From Candidatus Marinacidobacterales bacterium (GTDB taxonomy: Bacteria; Acidobacteriota; Vicinamibacteria; Marinacidobacterales; SMYC01): 64,000 nucleotides of DNA. Below the pieces are notes generated by a model. It worked only from the letters and a program-made list of their open reading frames with translations, did not search any database and was not told where the DNA came from. Below, one piece after another: positions 28,961-39,836 of the stretch (position 1 is its first letter; each line of letters opens with the position of its first letter). Both the position numbers and the translations under genes were made by a program. The DNA lies in contig CBDCYI010000005.1 of NCBI GenBank assembly GCA_965224085.1, forward strand, positions 1,696,001-1,760,000, given 5' to 3'.

Positions 28961-30583
28961 TCAGAAAAGCGTTCGGAGCGGAGAGAAATACAGCAAGACG
29001 AGAAGCACCACCGAGACCACGATGATCGTATGCACCACGTCGGTCCAGCCCCAGCTGGCGCGAGACGCTTCCCTGTCCTCGGAAGCGGTCGTCGCATAGG
29101 TGAGGCCGCGCAGGCTTTCTTCGGACGGCGGCTTCGTCAGAAGGCTCGTCACGATCATCAGCAACACGCAGAAGACGAATAGAAAAACGCAGAAATGGAG
29201 AAAGTTGATATCGGCGAAAGTAAAGAGCCAACCGCTGAGCGCCTCTTTGTTGAGCTCCGCGACGAGCCGAGCCATGCCGATGACGAAGCCTCCGATGAGA
29301 CATGCCAGAGCACCGGGGGAATTGATGCGTTTCGAGAACAGCCCCAGCAGGAAGACGGCGGCAATGGGAGGAGCGATGTAGGCCTGCACGCTCTGAAGGT
29401 AGTGATAGAGCTCGCTCGAGATGCTTCGCAGCACCGGGATCCACGCGATGCCGGTGAGGACGAGGACGGCTGTTGCGATTTTGCCCACGATGACGAGCGT
29501 GCGCTCCGACGCGTCGGGATGGAGTTTCTTGTAAATGTCCATCGTGAAGAGCGTGGACGAGGAGTTGAACACCGCGGCAAGCGAGCTCATGAGCGCGGCC
29601 AAAAGTCCGCCCGCCACGAGCCCTCGCACGCCCGACGGCAGGAGCGCAGCCACCATGGCAGGGAATGCCTGATCGGCCTCCGTCAGCTCGAGCTGGCCAC
29701 TCTTCGCGAGCGCGAAGGCGATGACACCGGTGAGTAGAAAGATGAAAAACGGCGTGAGCTTCAGATAGGCGGCGAAGATCGTTCCGCGACGCGCTTCTCT
29801 CTCGTTCGGCGCCGCGAGAACCCGCTGTACGATGTACTGGTCGGTGCACCAGTACCAGAGCCCAACGATCGGTGGCGCCAATATCATCCCCGTCCAGGGA
29901 AAGTCCGGGTGGTTGGCGGGCAGGAACATATTGAGATGCTCGGGGCCGGCGAGCTCGACTAGCCGGCCCCATCCACCCAGGCGCACGAGACCCATGATGG
30001 TGACCGTCGCGGAGCCGAGAAGGAGCACGATCGCCTGGAGCGCCTCGGTGTAGAGGACGGCGCGAAGCCCACCGAGCACTGTGTAGATGCCCGTCAAAAT
30101 CACGATCACGAGCGCACCGGTCCAGAAATCGATCCCCATGAGAGTCTGGAACACGACCGCACCGGCGTAGATGGTGACGGAGATCTTCGTGAGCACGTAG
30201 GCGATGAGCGCTGATAGCGACAGGATCCATCGAGCTGCGGTGCCGTACCGCTTCTCCAGGAACTCCGGCATGGTGAACACCATGCTTCTCATGTAGAACG
30301 GAACGAAGACCCACCCGAGGACGAGAACGAGCCAAGAGTGGAGCTCGTAGTGACCCATCACCACGCCGCTTTTGGCTCCCGTGCCCGCGAGCCCTACGAT
30401 GTGCTCCGAACCGATGTTCGAGGCGAAGATGGAGGCGCCAATCACGAACCAGCCCACGTGACGGCCGGCGAGGAAGTACTCCGTCGAGGACTCAGGTCTC
30501 TTCCGAATCACCCACCCGGCGATGCCGATGAGCACGAAAAAGTAGAGCGTGACGATGAGCCAGTCCAATCCAGTGAAAGACAT
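28961..30583 (-). CDS. Sodium:solute symporter, SGLT-like sugar transporter
   Basis: [46 protein letters not shown]. Confidence 0.92.
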   Translation of the reverse strand: MSFTGLDWLIVTLYFFVLIGIAGWVIRKRPESSTEYFLAGRHVGWFVIGASIFASNIGSEHIVGLAGTGAKSGVVMGHYELHSWLVLVLGWVFVPFYMRSMVFTMPEFLEKRYGTAARWILSLSALIAYVLTKISVTIYAGAVVFQTLMGIDFWTGALVIVILTGIYTVLGGLRAVLYTEALQAIVLLLGSATVTIMGLVRLGGWGRLVELAGPEHLNMFLPANHPDFPWTGMILAPPIVGLWYWCTDQYIVQRVLAAPNEREARRGTIFAAYLKLTPFFIFLLTGVIAFALAKSGQLELTEADQAFPAMVAALLPSGVRGLVAGGLLAALMSSLAAVFNSSSTLFTMDIYKKLHPDASERTLVIVGKIATAVLVLTGIAWIPVLRSISSELYHYLQSVQAYIAPPIAAVFLLGLFSKRINSPGALACLIGGFVIGMARLVAELNKEALSGWLFTFADINFLHFCVFLFVFCVLLMIVTSLLTKPPSEESLRGLTYATTASEDREASRASWGWTDVVHTIIVVSVVLLVLLYFSPLRTLF

Positions 30584-30733
30584 AGGAAACCCTCAGGTCA
30601 CTCGGCTCCGCCCGAGCGCGGCAGTCTAGGTCTAGATCGAGCCGACCTGACGAGACAAACAGAAGAGCCGAGCTTCATCTGCCGGTCTCGAGCCACGACG
30701 TGATGCCGTCCTTGCATCTTGATTGAGCAGCCG

Positions 30734-33176
30734 TTAGCGTGATTCGAACAACGAGAACCGGACGCGCGCGCTCACCAGCCGGGGATGGCCGAAGTGGGTC
30801 CCACTGAAGGGGTTCGAGAAGTTGTACGCGAAAGCTCGGTCCGGTTAGATTGCGCACATCGAGCTGGAGATCGACAGCGATACGCCGCCCTTCGAAGAGT
30901 CCAAGCCCGAAAGAGATATCGAAGAGTGTCCTCGGCTTGACGCGGCCTCGGTCGAAGTCGACCAGTGCCGCGCCCCGGCGCTCCATGGTTTCGTCGAGAT
31001 TGTCGTCGTCGATCTCTAGCGGTGTGCCGCTCTCGTGCCGACCGTAAAATGCCGCCCAGAGTCCGCTCGGGCCGTGCTGGAACGTCACGCCGAAAGCACC
31101 GACATTGCGCTGGTCGTGGTCGGGGGTGAAGCGTGTTCCCGGACCGATCTCGATGACCTCCTCTTCGAGGAAGAGTCCTCCGTTGATCGGCCCGACTTGA
31201 TAGACGAGCGCGTTCCCATAGCTCACGAAACCGGTAAATCCCTCGTGAAAAGGGAAGTCCACCCGCACGTTGACGCCCGAGGCGGTGCCTTCGGCGACGG
31301 AGTTCGGAAAGATAATGGTCGTGCCGAAAAAGAGATTGGGGTCGGCGTAGTTCCGGACCGACCGTCTCCAGTAGACGGCGTCCAGCGACGCCCACTTGCC
31401 GAGGGCCCCGAACAAAGCCGATCTCGAACGCATGCTGCCGTTCGGGAGAAACTTCCGCTCCGCCGGTGCCCTCTTCGATGACGAAGGGAGACAGAGCGCG
31501 CGCCTCTTCCGACGAGGAGAGTAAAAGATTCTCCACTTGGGGCGGCATGAACAGACGGTTGTAAGAGGCACGCACCGTTCGTCCTCCATTGCGGGATGAA
31601 ATAGACCGCACCGATGCGCGGGCTGAGTGTGGAAGCGTTGACGAGGACTTCGGTGTGGTCGAACCGCAAACCGGCATTGATCGTCAACCGATCGAAGAGC
31701 GAGAACGTGTCCTGAAAGTAGATCGAGAACTGATCGCGCGAGGCTTCCTTTTCGAACATGAAGGGGTTGTTCCGATCGAACGCCAGCGCTTCCTCACTGA
31801 TGTTGACGCCGGCATCCTCGGCGCCGTCTTCGTCGGTGATGAAAAACGAAAAGAGCTCGCGAGGTGTTATGTGCTGATAGTGGATCCCCGCTTTGAGGAC
31901 CTGCTCGGCGCCGACCGCATGCGTGACGTTTACGAGCACGCCGTGACGCGTGTGCCGGCGATCCTGGTTCGCTGATATCGGCGTGTCTCTCTCGCTCGCG
32001 AAAAGCTCCGCGACGAAGGCGTGGCGATACCATCCGATGTCGGTCACGGTGTTCTGGGGACGCGCTGCGCTGCCAGATCACGGATTGGTGATCGTCGCGA
32101 AGCTCTTGGCGTTGCCGCTGCCCCGCCAATTCTTGCGCGAGTGAGTTGGTGACACGAAAGGCACTTCCGTTGGCCGAGATGTCGGCGATGACTAGGTCTT
32201 TCGGCGTGGGCCTCCAGTCGAGGCGCGTCGCGAGCCGAAACGCATTACCGCGATTGTTGAAGTTGCCGGGGTCGACCGGGTCGAGATAACGCTTGCCGGA
32301 GCCGCCATAGGACAGAGCGAAAAAGGCGCCGACTCTATCGTTCAGCTGAGGCAGTTGGCCGCCTCCGGTCGCGGCGACCTCGCTGCTCTGTAGCGATCCG
32401 GCCCGAAGCGCGGCCGTGCCGCTCCAGGACTCCCCGAGTCCTGACTTCGGGACGACGTTGATAACCCCACCCGAGGCGTTGCCGTATTCCACGGGCAAAT
32501 GCCCGTCGAGGATCTCTATGGTCTGAAAGGCGTCGGGGTCGAGAGCGCTCGAGAAGAACGTGTCGATGCGGTCGCTGAGCGGGATACCGTCGCTGACATA
32601 CAAGAAGCCGTCATCCACGCCGCGCGAGTGCAAAAGACCGTTATCTTCCGTCGCCCATCCGGGCGCGGTCGCGACGAGCTCCTGCATGCCGCTTCCCGGG
32701 CGCGCCCCGGGCAGACGCTTCATGAGTCCTTGATCGAGCCTCGTGGTCGAGCTTACGTGATCGGGCTCGACGAGAGGGGGCGCTGCGCGCACCGTGAGCT
32801 CTTCGCGCGGGCCGGCAATCTCGAGCACGACCTCGAGTGTTAGGGTCAGGTTCGAGCGCACCGCGATCGTTGTCTCGTACGGTCGGAACCCATCCGCCTC
32901 GATCCGCACACCGTATTGGCCGAAAGGCACGTTTCTGAGCTGAAACTGGCCGTGATCGTTGGTCGTCGCGAGCCGCTCGAAATCCCACGTGGCGTCGTAG
33001 AGAACGACTTGCGCCTCGGCAACAGCCGCATGTGATGGATCCCGGACAGCGCCGTCGACGGTACCGATCTGGATCTGCGCCGCATCAGCCGAGCTTATTG
33101 CAAGCACGAGTAGCAGAATCCAGTGACGCATCTGGAGCCAAAACTTTAGCACGTTGGTGCCGCGGAAGTGACGCAT
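30734..33176 (-). pseudogene. TonB-dependent receptor with carboxypeptidase-regulatory-like N-domain, four +1 frameshifts
   Basis: Continuous TBDR-like protein across frames with shifts near 32057, 31578, 31407 and 30841; plug (SRG...DG..PVEYGN..GGVIN), QDT, NAGLRFD, SPRIG, C-terminal HPRLVSARVRFSLF. Confidence 0.8.
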
Positions 33177-33432
33177 CGAGCTAGAATGAGTGAACGGTGC
33201 ACATAGTCCTTCTCGTGGCGCTCGCTATTGCCTAGGAAAGTATTCTTTCGTAAGCTTCCTGAACAAGAAAGAATGCTTGACTAACCGTAAAGCCCTCAAA
33301 CCATTGAACTCTGCACGGCCAATGGTCGTCGGGAGCTAGGCTAGGAGCTAAGATCTTTTCCCTCAAGGCTTCCGGGTGGATTGGAGTCTCTTTTTTTGGG
33401 TTGCCTTTGTCGACCACTCCAGAGAAGATCCA

Positions 33433-34281
33433 CTACCCTTCGATCGCGTCGATAAGGAATCGGGGCAACGCGAAGGCAGCTTGGTGGATCTCGGGCGTGT
33501 AATAGCGCGTCGAGAGCTCCGCTTGCGCGTAGCGCTTGCTCAACACGGCGAGCGATGTGGCTCGGTGCGACGGCTCGTCGCTCGCCCAGGCGAACGCCAT
33601 GATGCCGCCCACGTAAGTGGGTACGGCTGCTCCGTAGAACGCGCAGTCCTCGAACAGCGGCGCGAGCCGCTTCGCCGTCGTTACGACTTCGTCGGTCTGC
33701 ATGAAGGCACTCCCGTTCTGTGTGACGAGAATGCCTTTCTCGCGAAGACAACGACGGCATCCAGCGTAGAACGAACGCGTGTACAAAGCTTCTCCCGGAC
33801 CAATCGGATCCGTTGAGTCGGAGATGACCACGTCGTAGCGTTCCTGCGTCTCGTTCACGAAGTCCACGCCGTCGGCGATGACTTGCTTCACGCGCTTGTC
33901 GTGGAAAGCGCCATTCGAGTGGCGCGGGAGGTATCGCTCGCAAATGTCGATCACGTCGCGGTCGATCTCGACATGGGTTACCTCCGCGACGCCAGCGTGC
34001 TTCAACACCTCGCGCAACATCGCCCCATCGCCACCTCCGATGACGAGCACATGCCGCACGTTGCCGTGCGCCAAGATGGGAACGTGTGCCAACATCTCGT
34101 GATAGACGAACTCGTCTTTCTCGGTCGTCTGGATGACGCCATCGAGCGCCATGACCCGCCCGAAGGTAGCGCTGTCGAAGATGACGAGATCCTGATGTTC
34201 CGTTTTCTTCTTGAACACCACTTCTTTGACGGAGAAGATCTGACCCCAGTCCTCGAACAAGTTCTCTTTGTGCTCGAGCAT
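33433..34281 (-). CDS. speE: Spermidine synthase (polyamine aminopropyltransferase)
   Basis: LDGVIQTTEKDEFVYHEM, VLVIGGGDG, VEID, DSTDPIGPG, VPTYVGG. Confidence 0.95.
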   Translation of the reverse strand: MLEHKENLFEDWGQIFSVKEVVFKKKTEHQDLVIFDSATFGRVMALDGVIQTTEKDEFVYHEMLAHVPILAHGNVRHVLVIGGGDGAMLREVLKHAGVAEVTHVEIDRDVIDICERYLPRHSNGAFHDKRVKQVIADGVDFVNETQERYDVVISDSTDPIGPGEALYTRSFYAGCRRCLREKGILVTQNGSAFMQTDEVVTTAKRLAPLFEDCAFYGAAVPTYVGGIMAFAWASDEPSHRATSLAVLSKRYAQAELSTRYYTPEIHQAAFALPRFLIDAIEG

Positions 34282-34301
34282 TTCAGCGAAATTTCCAATC
34301 T

Positions 34302-35399
34302 TCAGTTTCCGACGGTCGTTTCGAGCTCGCCGGAAAGCTGCCGGTAATAAGAAGCGAGCTCGTCGAGATCAGTCGTTGTTCCCATCGCCGCCACGAGTAC
34401 GAGCCGTGCTTTCAACCCATCGAGATCTTCGCCAGAAAGAACGCCGATCCGCTTCGACTCGCTTCCGAGCTCGACCCGTCCGCCGCCAGTGCGGGTGGTG
34501 AAAACGACGACGACGTCTTGCTTGCGTGCCTCACGTACGGCGTCGAGGACCTTCGGCGGTATGTTGCCCCGACCAAACACTTCGAGCACAACGACGCGCT
34601 GGCCCGACCGCACAGCCGCCTTAACTTGGCTCCCGTCGCTTCCAGCGAATAAACGGATGAGCGTCACCAGCGGCTCGACCCGGTCGACATCGAGCTCGAG
34701 GCGACGCGCCGGCCGGTGGAAGAGATAGATCCGAGTGCCGTCCACGTGGCCTAGCGGGCCGACCCACGGTGACGCGAAAGCGTTCAAAGCGATGGAATGG
34801 ATTTTCCGTAGGTCGCGCGCCGCGTGGATCTCGTCGTTCATCGTGACGAGAACCCCCAGGCCTCGCATGCCTTCGGCGGCGGCGATGCGGATGGCGTTCA
34901 GCAGGTTGCGGGGCCCGTCGGGCCCGTCGGTATCGCTTCGACGCGGCGGCCGTTGAGCGGCAGCGAAGACGACGGGCTTTTCGGCGACGCCGAGAAGATC
35001 GAGGAGAAAAGCTGTCTCCTCGAGCGAGTCGGTCCCGTGGATAATGACGATCCCCGAGAGCTCGGGACGCTCGCGAAACAACGCCTGGGCGCGGCGAGCG
35101 AGGCGAAATTGCAGCTCGGGCGTCATGCGCGAGCTCCCAATCGTGACAAAATCCTCGACGCTGAGCTCGGCCACGCCATCGAGGCCGGGAACGAGCTTAG
35201 AGACTTCGCTCGCCGAAAGCGATCCAGAGCTTCCGCCGGAAATAGTGCCGCCGGTGCCGAGGAGGTGCACGCGGGGAAGCTCTTGGGATCCCAGAGAGCT
35301 GGCCCATAGGAGAAGCGCGCACGAGACGTTCCAAATCCTCCCGCTAAACACGATGGGTGTTTTACCACACGTAGGGGAAACAAGGCCGGTTTGGATCAC
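34302..35399 (-). CDS. L-asparaginase (type II-like, start uncertain)
   Basis: GTGGTI, HGTDSLEET, AQRP...DGPRNL, GRGNI, KARL. Confidence 0.88.
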   Translation of the reverse strand: MIQTGLVSPTCGKTPIVFSGRIWNVSCALLLWASSLGSQELPRVHLLGTGGTISGGSSGSLSASEVSKLVPGLDGVAELSVEDFVTIGSSRMTPELQFRLARRAQALFRERPELSGIVIIHGTDSLEETAFLLDLLGVAEKPVVFAAAQRPPRRSDTDGPDGPRNLLNAIRIAAAEGMRGLGVLVTMNDEIHAARDLRKIHSIALNAFASPWVGPLGHVDGTRIYLFHRPARRLELDVDRVEPLVTLIRLFAGSDGSQVKAAVRSGQRVVVLEVFGRGNIPPKVLDAVREARKQDVVVVFTTRTGGGRVELGSESKRIGVLSGEDLDGLKARLVLVAAMGTTTDLDELASYYRQLSGELETTVGN

Positions 35400-35475
35400 G
35401 GACAGTGGCAGGGAGCATTCCTCACAATGATGAGATACCTAACTTTGTGTCCGTTTCACGCGCGGGGGAAAGCGC

Positions 35476-36078
35476 ATGAACACCGTATTGGATCTCATCG
35501 GAGAATTCGGGGTGCTGAACGACGCCAAGGGGATCTGGGGCGGGAAGCTCCCGCCCGAAGCAGAACGGCGTTGGCTGGAGCTTAAAAGTTTCTACGATCT
35601 ATTGATGCCGAAGAGCGGCGTCGGGCCGCGCCCGGTCACGCGTCGCTTCACGGCTCAGCAAGTCGAGGGGAAAGTGACCGCGCGGGAGCGGTTGCGCGTG
35701 CCGCTCGACAACGACATGATTTTGCGGACTGACTCGGAATTTCACGAGGCGATGGGCGTGAACCTCAGCCGCGGCGGCGTTTTCTTGACGTCGCCCGTTG
35801 TCCTTCCGGTTCGTACGAAGCTGAGCGTTTACTTATCGAGCCCGGACGTATCACACGAAGCGCTACTCGAGGCAGAAGCGGAAGTCGCGTGGAGGACGAA
35901 CACCCGTGGCGAGGAGCCATCGAGGGAGGGTATGGGTCTCAGCTTCCGAGGCGACATGGGCGAGATCATTAAACACCTCGACGCGCTCGTCATCAGCTCA
36001 CTCGTGCGTCGGCTGTCGGGTGTAGACGCGAATAGTCTCGCGCCAGAATTCCTGCGGAAAGAGGCCCTGGAGCTCTAG
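35476..36078 (+). CDS. PilZ domain protein
   Basis: RERLR (RxxxR) and NLSRGG (D/NxSxxG), AEVAW, GMGLSF. Confidence 0.82.
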   Translation: MNTVLDLIGEFGVLNDAKGIWGGKLPPEAERRWLELKSFYDLLMPKSGVGPRPVTRRFTAQQVEGKVTARERLRVPLDNDMILRTDSEFHEAMGVNLSRGGVFLTSPVVLPVRTKLSVYLSSPDVSHEALLEAEAEVAWRTNTRGEEPSREGMGLSFRGDMGEIIKHLDALVISSLVRRLSGVDANSLAPEFLRKEALEL

Positions 36079-36130
36079 TCCCTGTATCCGTATTCGTCAC
36101 ACAAATCTCGGGTCCTTAAAGGGGACTAGC

Positions 36131-37972
36131 TCAAAGCCCTGGATAAGGGTCCGGGACGATGTGCACGAAGGCACCGAGATAGCGCCAATCTCTCTGAGCG
36201 CGGCCCTGAAGAAGCGGCACCGCACCGGTCTCGGTCTCGATCGTCACGAGATAGCAGTAGCTGCGGTGACCAAAATCCTCGTAAGGAAACGGCTTGCCCG
36301 CAGGTAGCTCGATAATCTCTTTGTCGCCGGGGGCGATGTCCCGCGCTTCACAGCCTCCTGGCACGCAGACTCGAACGTGATTGGGTTTTCCCGCCACGTT
36401 CGTGACGCGCACGACGATCTGCGTGAGCTCGACATTCGTCCGCACGACCATCTCCGCCGTCGAGCCGCCGCGCACGTGAAAACCTAGACCACCCGGGCTT
36501 CGCCGCTCGCGGCCCCAACTATTGTTGTCCAGGAAGTAGCCGAGATAGCCGTCGTCGAACTTCTGGCGAAACTTTCTCGGGTCGCTGTTGGTTGGCAGGT
36601 GGTTGATGAGCGACAGCTCGGGAGGAAGCCACTTGAACGCCCCCGTCGTCGCGTGCTCGCCGGGACGCCGGCCGGCTTCGAAGGGCCCCGCGAGGATAGA
36701 CGTCAGGAAGAGTGAAGCCGCGGCCCAGGACGCAAAAAGAGGCACTAGAGGCCTCGATAGCGTCCCGAGCAAAAAGAAATAGAGCGGGAAGAGATTCATG
36801 AAGTAACGATTGCCGATCGTCCCTGAACCTCCGAAGTAGTTCGTCGGGGTCCAGGTCAACATCAAAAGGCCGCCAAAGGTCGCGACGCCAAAAACGAGCC
36901 ACTGGTCGAGCGCTTTGTTTTTGGACAGCAAGAACATGATGAGAGCGGCGGCCGCGGGAAAAAAATAGACGGCCATCCCCGAAAAGCGCCCGATATGGAA
37001 AAAATAGATATCGTGAAGAACGATGTCCCACGGCTGATGCGTGTAGATGACGTCGGTCCTCTGGGAGAGGCCGGTGTTCTCGAAAGTGAGGTCGAATCGC
37101 TGATAAGGGTAAGTGCCGCTGAAAGTCTTGCGCTCGCCCCCTTGATAGTTCATTTCACCGGCGGCGAATAACGTGACGAGAAAAAGGCCGCAGAAAAACA
37201 AAGAGAAGACGGCGCCGACCCGAATCGTACGCATCCACTGCCGGCGCCATATGAGAAGTGCTACAAAGGGCACGATCAAGAAAATGTTGTTGGGTTTCGA
37301 ATAGGTGACCGAGCCCCAAATCGCCGCGGCGATCACGTCCGACGTCAAGCCGCTGAGAGGCCACGGCGGATGGTCGGCGCGTTCCTTGTAGAGCCAGAAA
37401 AACGCTCCGAGAAAAACGAGGCACAGGTTGAAGAGCTCCGGCGTGAGCCAAACGAAGTAAGCGGGCGCCACCGATGCGAAGAAGAACGTCAACGTGAAGG
37501 CGAGTGCTACCCCGTTCGCATTCTTCGCCGCGAGGAAGAAGTAGCCAGCCATCAACACCGCGCTAAGGAGGAGCGCGTGGAGCAACAGCATTCCATTTGT
37601 CCCGAAGAAACGAACGAAAGGCGCGGCCGCGAGTGAATAGATGAACGCCTTCGCAAAATAGAGATCTTGGGTGAGAGGTCCAACGCTCACGAGAAAGGGA
37701 ATCTGGGTCGTGAGCGTCAGGTCGAGCTCGCGTCCCTTCTTCAAGAAGATGCCCGACGGCCCGTTTCGGAATTCCTGGAACACGCGCTCCACATCGGCCC
37801 GCTCGAAGCGAAGATCTCCATCGAAGGCGAGGCTGTGCGCCATCGTGTAATACGTAGCCGCATCGCTCCAGAAGGCGCCAGCCCGACGCGGGTAGTCCAC
37901 CGTCAGCGCGAAACCGACGAGGAGGATCCCGATGGCAGCGATGACGAGAAGCGGCCCTCGATGCGAGCTCAT
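36131..37972 (-). CDS. Polytopic membrane protein, GT-C-like glycosyltransferase
   Basis: WSDAATYY..AHSLAFDGDL in the first external loop, many TM segments, GNRYF, periplasmic C-domain. Confidence 0.65.
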   Translation of the reverse strand: MSSHRGPLLVIAAIGILLVGFALTVDYPRRAGAFWSDAATYYTMAHSLAFDGDLRFERADVERVFQEFRNGPSGIFLKKGRELDLTLTTQIPFLVSVGPLTQDLYFAKAFIYSLAAAPFVRFFGTNGMLLLHALLLSAVLMAGYFFLAAKNANGVALAFTLTFFFASVAPAYFVWLTPELFNLCLVFLGAFFWLYKERADHPPWPLSGLTSDVIAAAIWGSVTYSKPNNIFLIVPFVALLIWRRQWMRTIRVGAVFSLFFCGLFLVTLFAAGEMNYQGGERKTFSGTYPYQRFDLTFENTGLSQRTDVIYTHQPWDIVLHDIYFFHIGRFSGMAVYFFPAAAALIMFLLSKNKALDQWLVFGVATFGGLLMLTWTPTNYFGGSGTIGNRYFMNLFPLYFFLLGTLSRPLVPLFASWAAASLFLTSILAGPFEAGRRPGEHATTGAFKWLPPELSLINHLPTNSDPRKFRQKFDDGYLGYFLDNNSWGRERRSPGGLGFHVRGGSTAEMVVRTNVELTQIVVRVTNVAGKPNHVRVCVPGGCEARDIAPGDKEIIELPAGKPFPYEDFGHRSYCYLVTIETETGAVPLLQGRAQRDWRYLGAFVHIVPDPYPGL

Positions 37973-38015
37973 GGGAGCAATATTAGTGCAAAAAGACAGA
38001 TCTTCCCGAACGCGG

Positions 38016-38996
38016 TTACCGTGGGATGAACAGAGCCAGTGAGAACCAATCCTTGTCGTCGGTGAAGAACTCGCGAACGCGAAACCCCGCGTCGTCAGCG
38101 AGCTGGTTGATGATCGGCCGCGTGTATTTGTAGGAGTTTTCCGTATGGATGGTCTCGCCCGCTGCGAGCTCGAAGCTGCAGCCGCAGGCCTCGACGGGAA
38201 CGACTTGATGTTCGTCCGAGCGTAAATGCATCTCGATGCGCTCGGCGTCTTCGTTGTAGAACGCGAGGTGCGCGAAGCGCTCCACTGCGAACGTCCCCCC
38301 GAGCTCGCGGTTGATGCGGACGAGCACGTTGCGATTGAAACGCTCGGTGACGGACGCCGCGTCGTTATAGGCGGCGTTCAGCGTCGCCACATCTTTTTGA
38401 AGGTCGAAGCCGATCAAGAACGCGTCTTTCGACTCCAGATGGGATCGAACGCCGTGCAGAAAATGCAGGCACTCGTCGGGCTCCATGTTCCCGATGCTGG
38501 AGCCGAGAAACAGCACGAGCATTTGGTCTGGGACATGTTCGTGTTCGGCAACGAGGGTGCTCGCTTGCCTGAGCCCCGACTCGTATTGCGACGCGATTGG
38601 CGTCACGCCGAGCTCCGGATAACGCGCGTCCAGGCGGTCCGCCGTCGCGCGCAATATCGTCGGCGAGATGTCAATCGGAAGGTAATGCAGCGCGTCCTGG
38701 CTCTCGATGAAGCTATCGAGCAAGATCGTCGTCTTCGCCGAGCTTCCGCTCCCGAACTCGACGACGCTCACATCGTATCCCAAAATCGAGCCGAGCGCAG
38801 GCGCCGAGCGCCGCAAGAGCTCCGCCTCTGTGCGGGTCTGGTAATATTCGGGCTGTTCGGTAATCAGCTCGAAGAGCTCCGATCCTTCCGCATCGTAGAA
38901 ATACTTGGGATACAGAAATTTGGGCGAGTTTCCCAGGCCACGCGCGACGTCCTGGGCGAACGAATCCCGGCTCGAATCAGGGTACTTTGGGGGCAT
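38016..38996 (-). CDS. egtD: L-histidine N-alpha-methyltransferase
   Basis: KYFYDAEGSELFE.IT..PEYYQTRTE, EFGSGSSAKT, FLGSSIGN, AYND, IHTENSYKY. Confidence 0.93.
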   Translation of the reverse strand: MPPKYPDSSRDSFAQDVARGLGNSPKFLYPKYFYDAEGSELFELITEQPEYYQTRTEAELLRRSAPALGSILGYDVSVVEFGSGSSAKTTILLDSFIESQDALHYLPIDISPTILRATADRLDARYPELGVTPIASQYESGLRQASTLVAEHEHVPDQMLVLFLGSSIGNMEPDECLHFLHGVRSHLESKDAFLIGFDLQKDVATLNAAYNDAASVTERFNRNVLVRINRELGGTFAVERFAHLAFYNEDAERIEMHLRSDEHQVVPVEACGCSFELAAGETIHTENSYKYTRPIINQLADDAGFRVREFFTDDKDWFSLALFIPR

Positions 38997-39016
38997 CGCG
39001 AGATTATACACGTTTC

Positions 39017-39045
39017 TTGAATCGTGCACTGCCGCTTGCTACACT
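39017..39045 (+). promoter_or_regulatory. Promoter of the methyltransferase/GT-C operon (divergent from egtD)
   Basis: TTGAAT, 17 nt spacer, TGcTACACT. Confidence 0.55.
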
Positions 39046-39058
39046 GCGCCCCTCTAAT

Positions 39059-39832
39059 ATGGTCGTCGCTCACACTTTGGAAGACGTGCGTTCCTATTGG
39101 AACGAATACGTCAACGACATCGAGATCACCGAATATCCGGTGGGCTCTCCGGAGTTTTTCGAAGCGCTCGAGAGGTATCGCTACGACAAAATCGACTACC
39201 TGCTCGACTATGTCGACTTCCCGCAATACGAGGGCAAGAAAGTTCTCGAGATCGGCTGCGGGGTCGGGAACGACTTGATGCAGTTCGCCCGCGCGGGAGC
39301 GGATGTCTCGGCCCGGGACCTCACCGACAACGCAGTCAAGCTCGCCGCGGCGAATCTCGCGCGCGAGGGCTATAGCGGCGACATCCAGCAAGGCAATGCG
39401 GAAGCACTCGGCTTCCCCGACGACACGTTCGACGTCGTTTATTCACACGGCGTCCTGCACCATTCGGTCGACACAGAGAAGTCGGTTAGCGAAGTACGCC
39501 GCGTCTTGAGGCCCGAGGGCGAAGCCATCATCATGCTCTATAACCGGATCTCGTGGCTCGCCTTCGTCGCTTGGATCTCGGGAACGAATATCGAGCACGC
39601 GGAAAAAGACGCGCCCATCATAAGCAAATATTCGACGAAGGAATGCCGCGAGCTCTTCCGCGAGTTCTCCAATGTGAGCCTTCACGTCGACCGCTTCCCC
39701 AAGCGCACGCTCAAATTCGAAAACCTCGCCGGCAAGCTCAACAACTACGTGCTCGTCCCGTTTTTCGAGATCCTTCCCGATGCTATCCGCCGACCTTTCG
39801 GATGGCACATCATGATCCGAGCGAACAAGTAG
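39059..39832 (+). CDS. Class I SAM-dependent methyltransferase
   Basis: VLEIGCGVG, NAE.LGFPDDTFDVVYSHGVLHH, RVLRPEG. Confidence 0.9.
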   Translation: MVVAHTLEDVRSYWNEYVNDIEITEYPVGSPEFFEALERYRYDKIDYLLDYVDFPQYEGKKVLEIGCGVGNDLMQFARAGADVSARDLTDNAVKLAAANLAREGYSGDIQQGNAEALGFPDDTFDVVYSHGVLHHSVDTEKSVSEVRRVLRPEGEAIIMLYNRISWLAFVAWISGTNIEHAEKDAPIISKYSTKECRELFREFSNVSLHVDRFPKRTLKFENLAGKLNNYVLVPFFEILPDAIRRPFGWHIMIRANK

Positions 39833-39836
39833 AGCG

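Noticed and set aside
30734-33176. Programmed ribosomal frameshifting in the TonB receptor
   Set aside because: Four independent shifts without slippery heptamers are implausible; error or decay is simpler.
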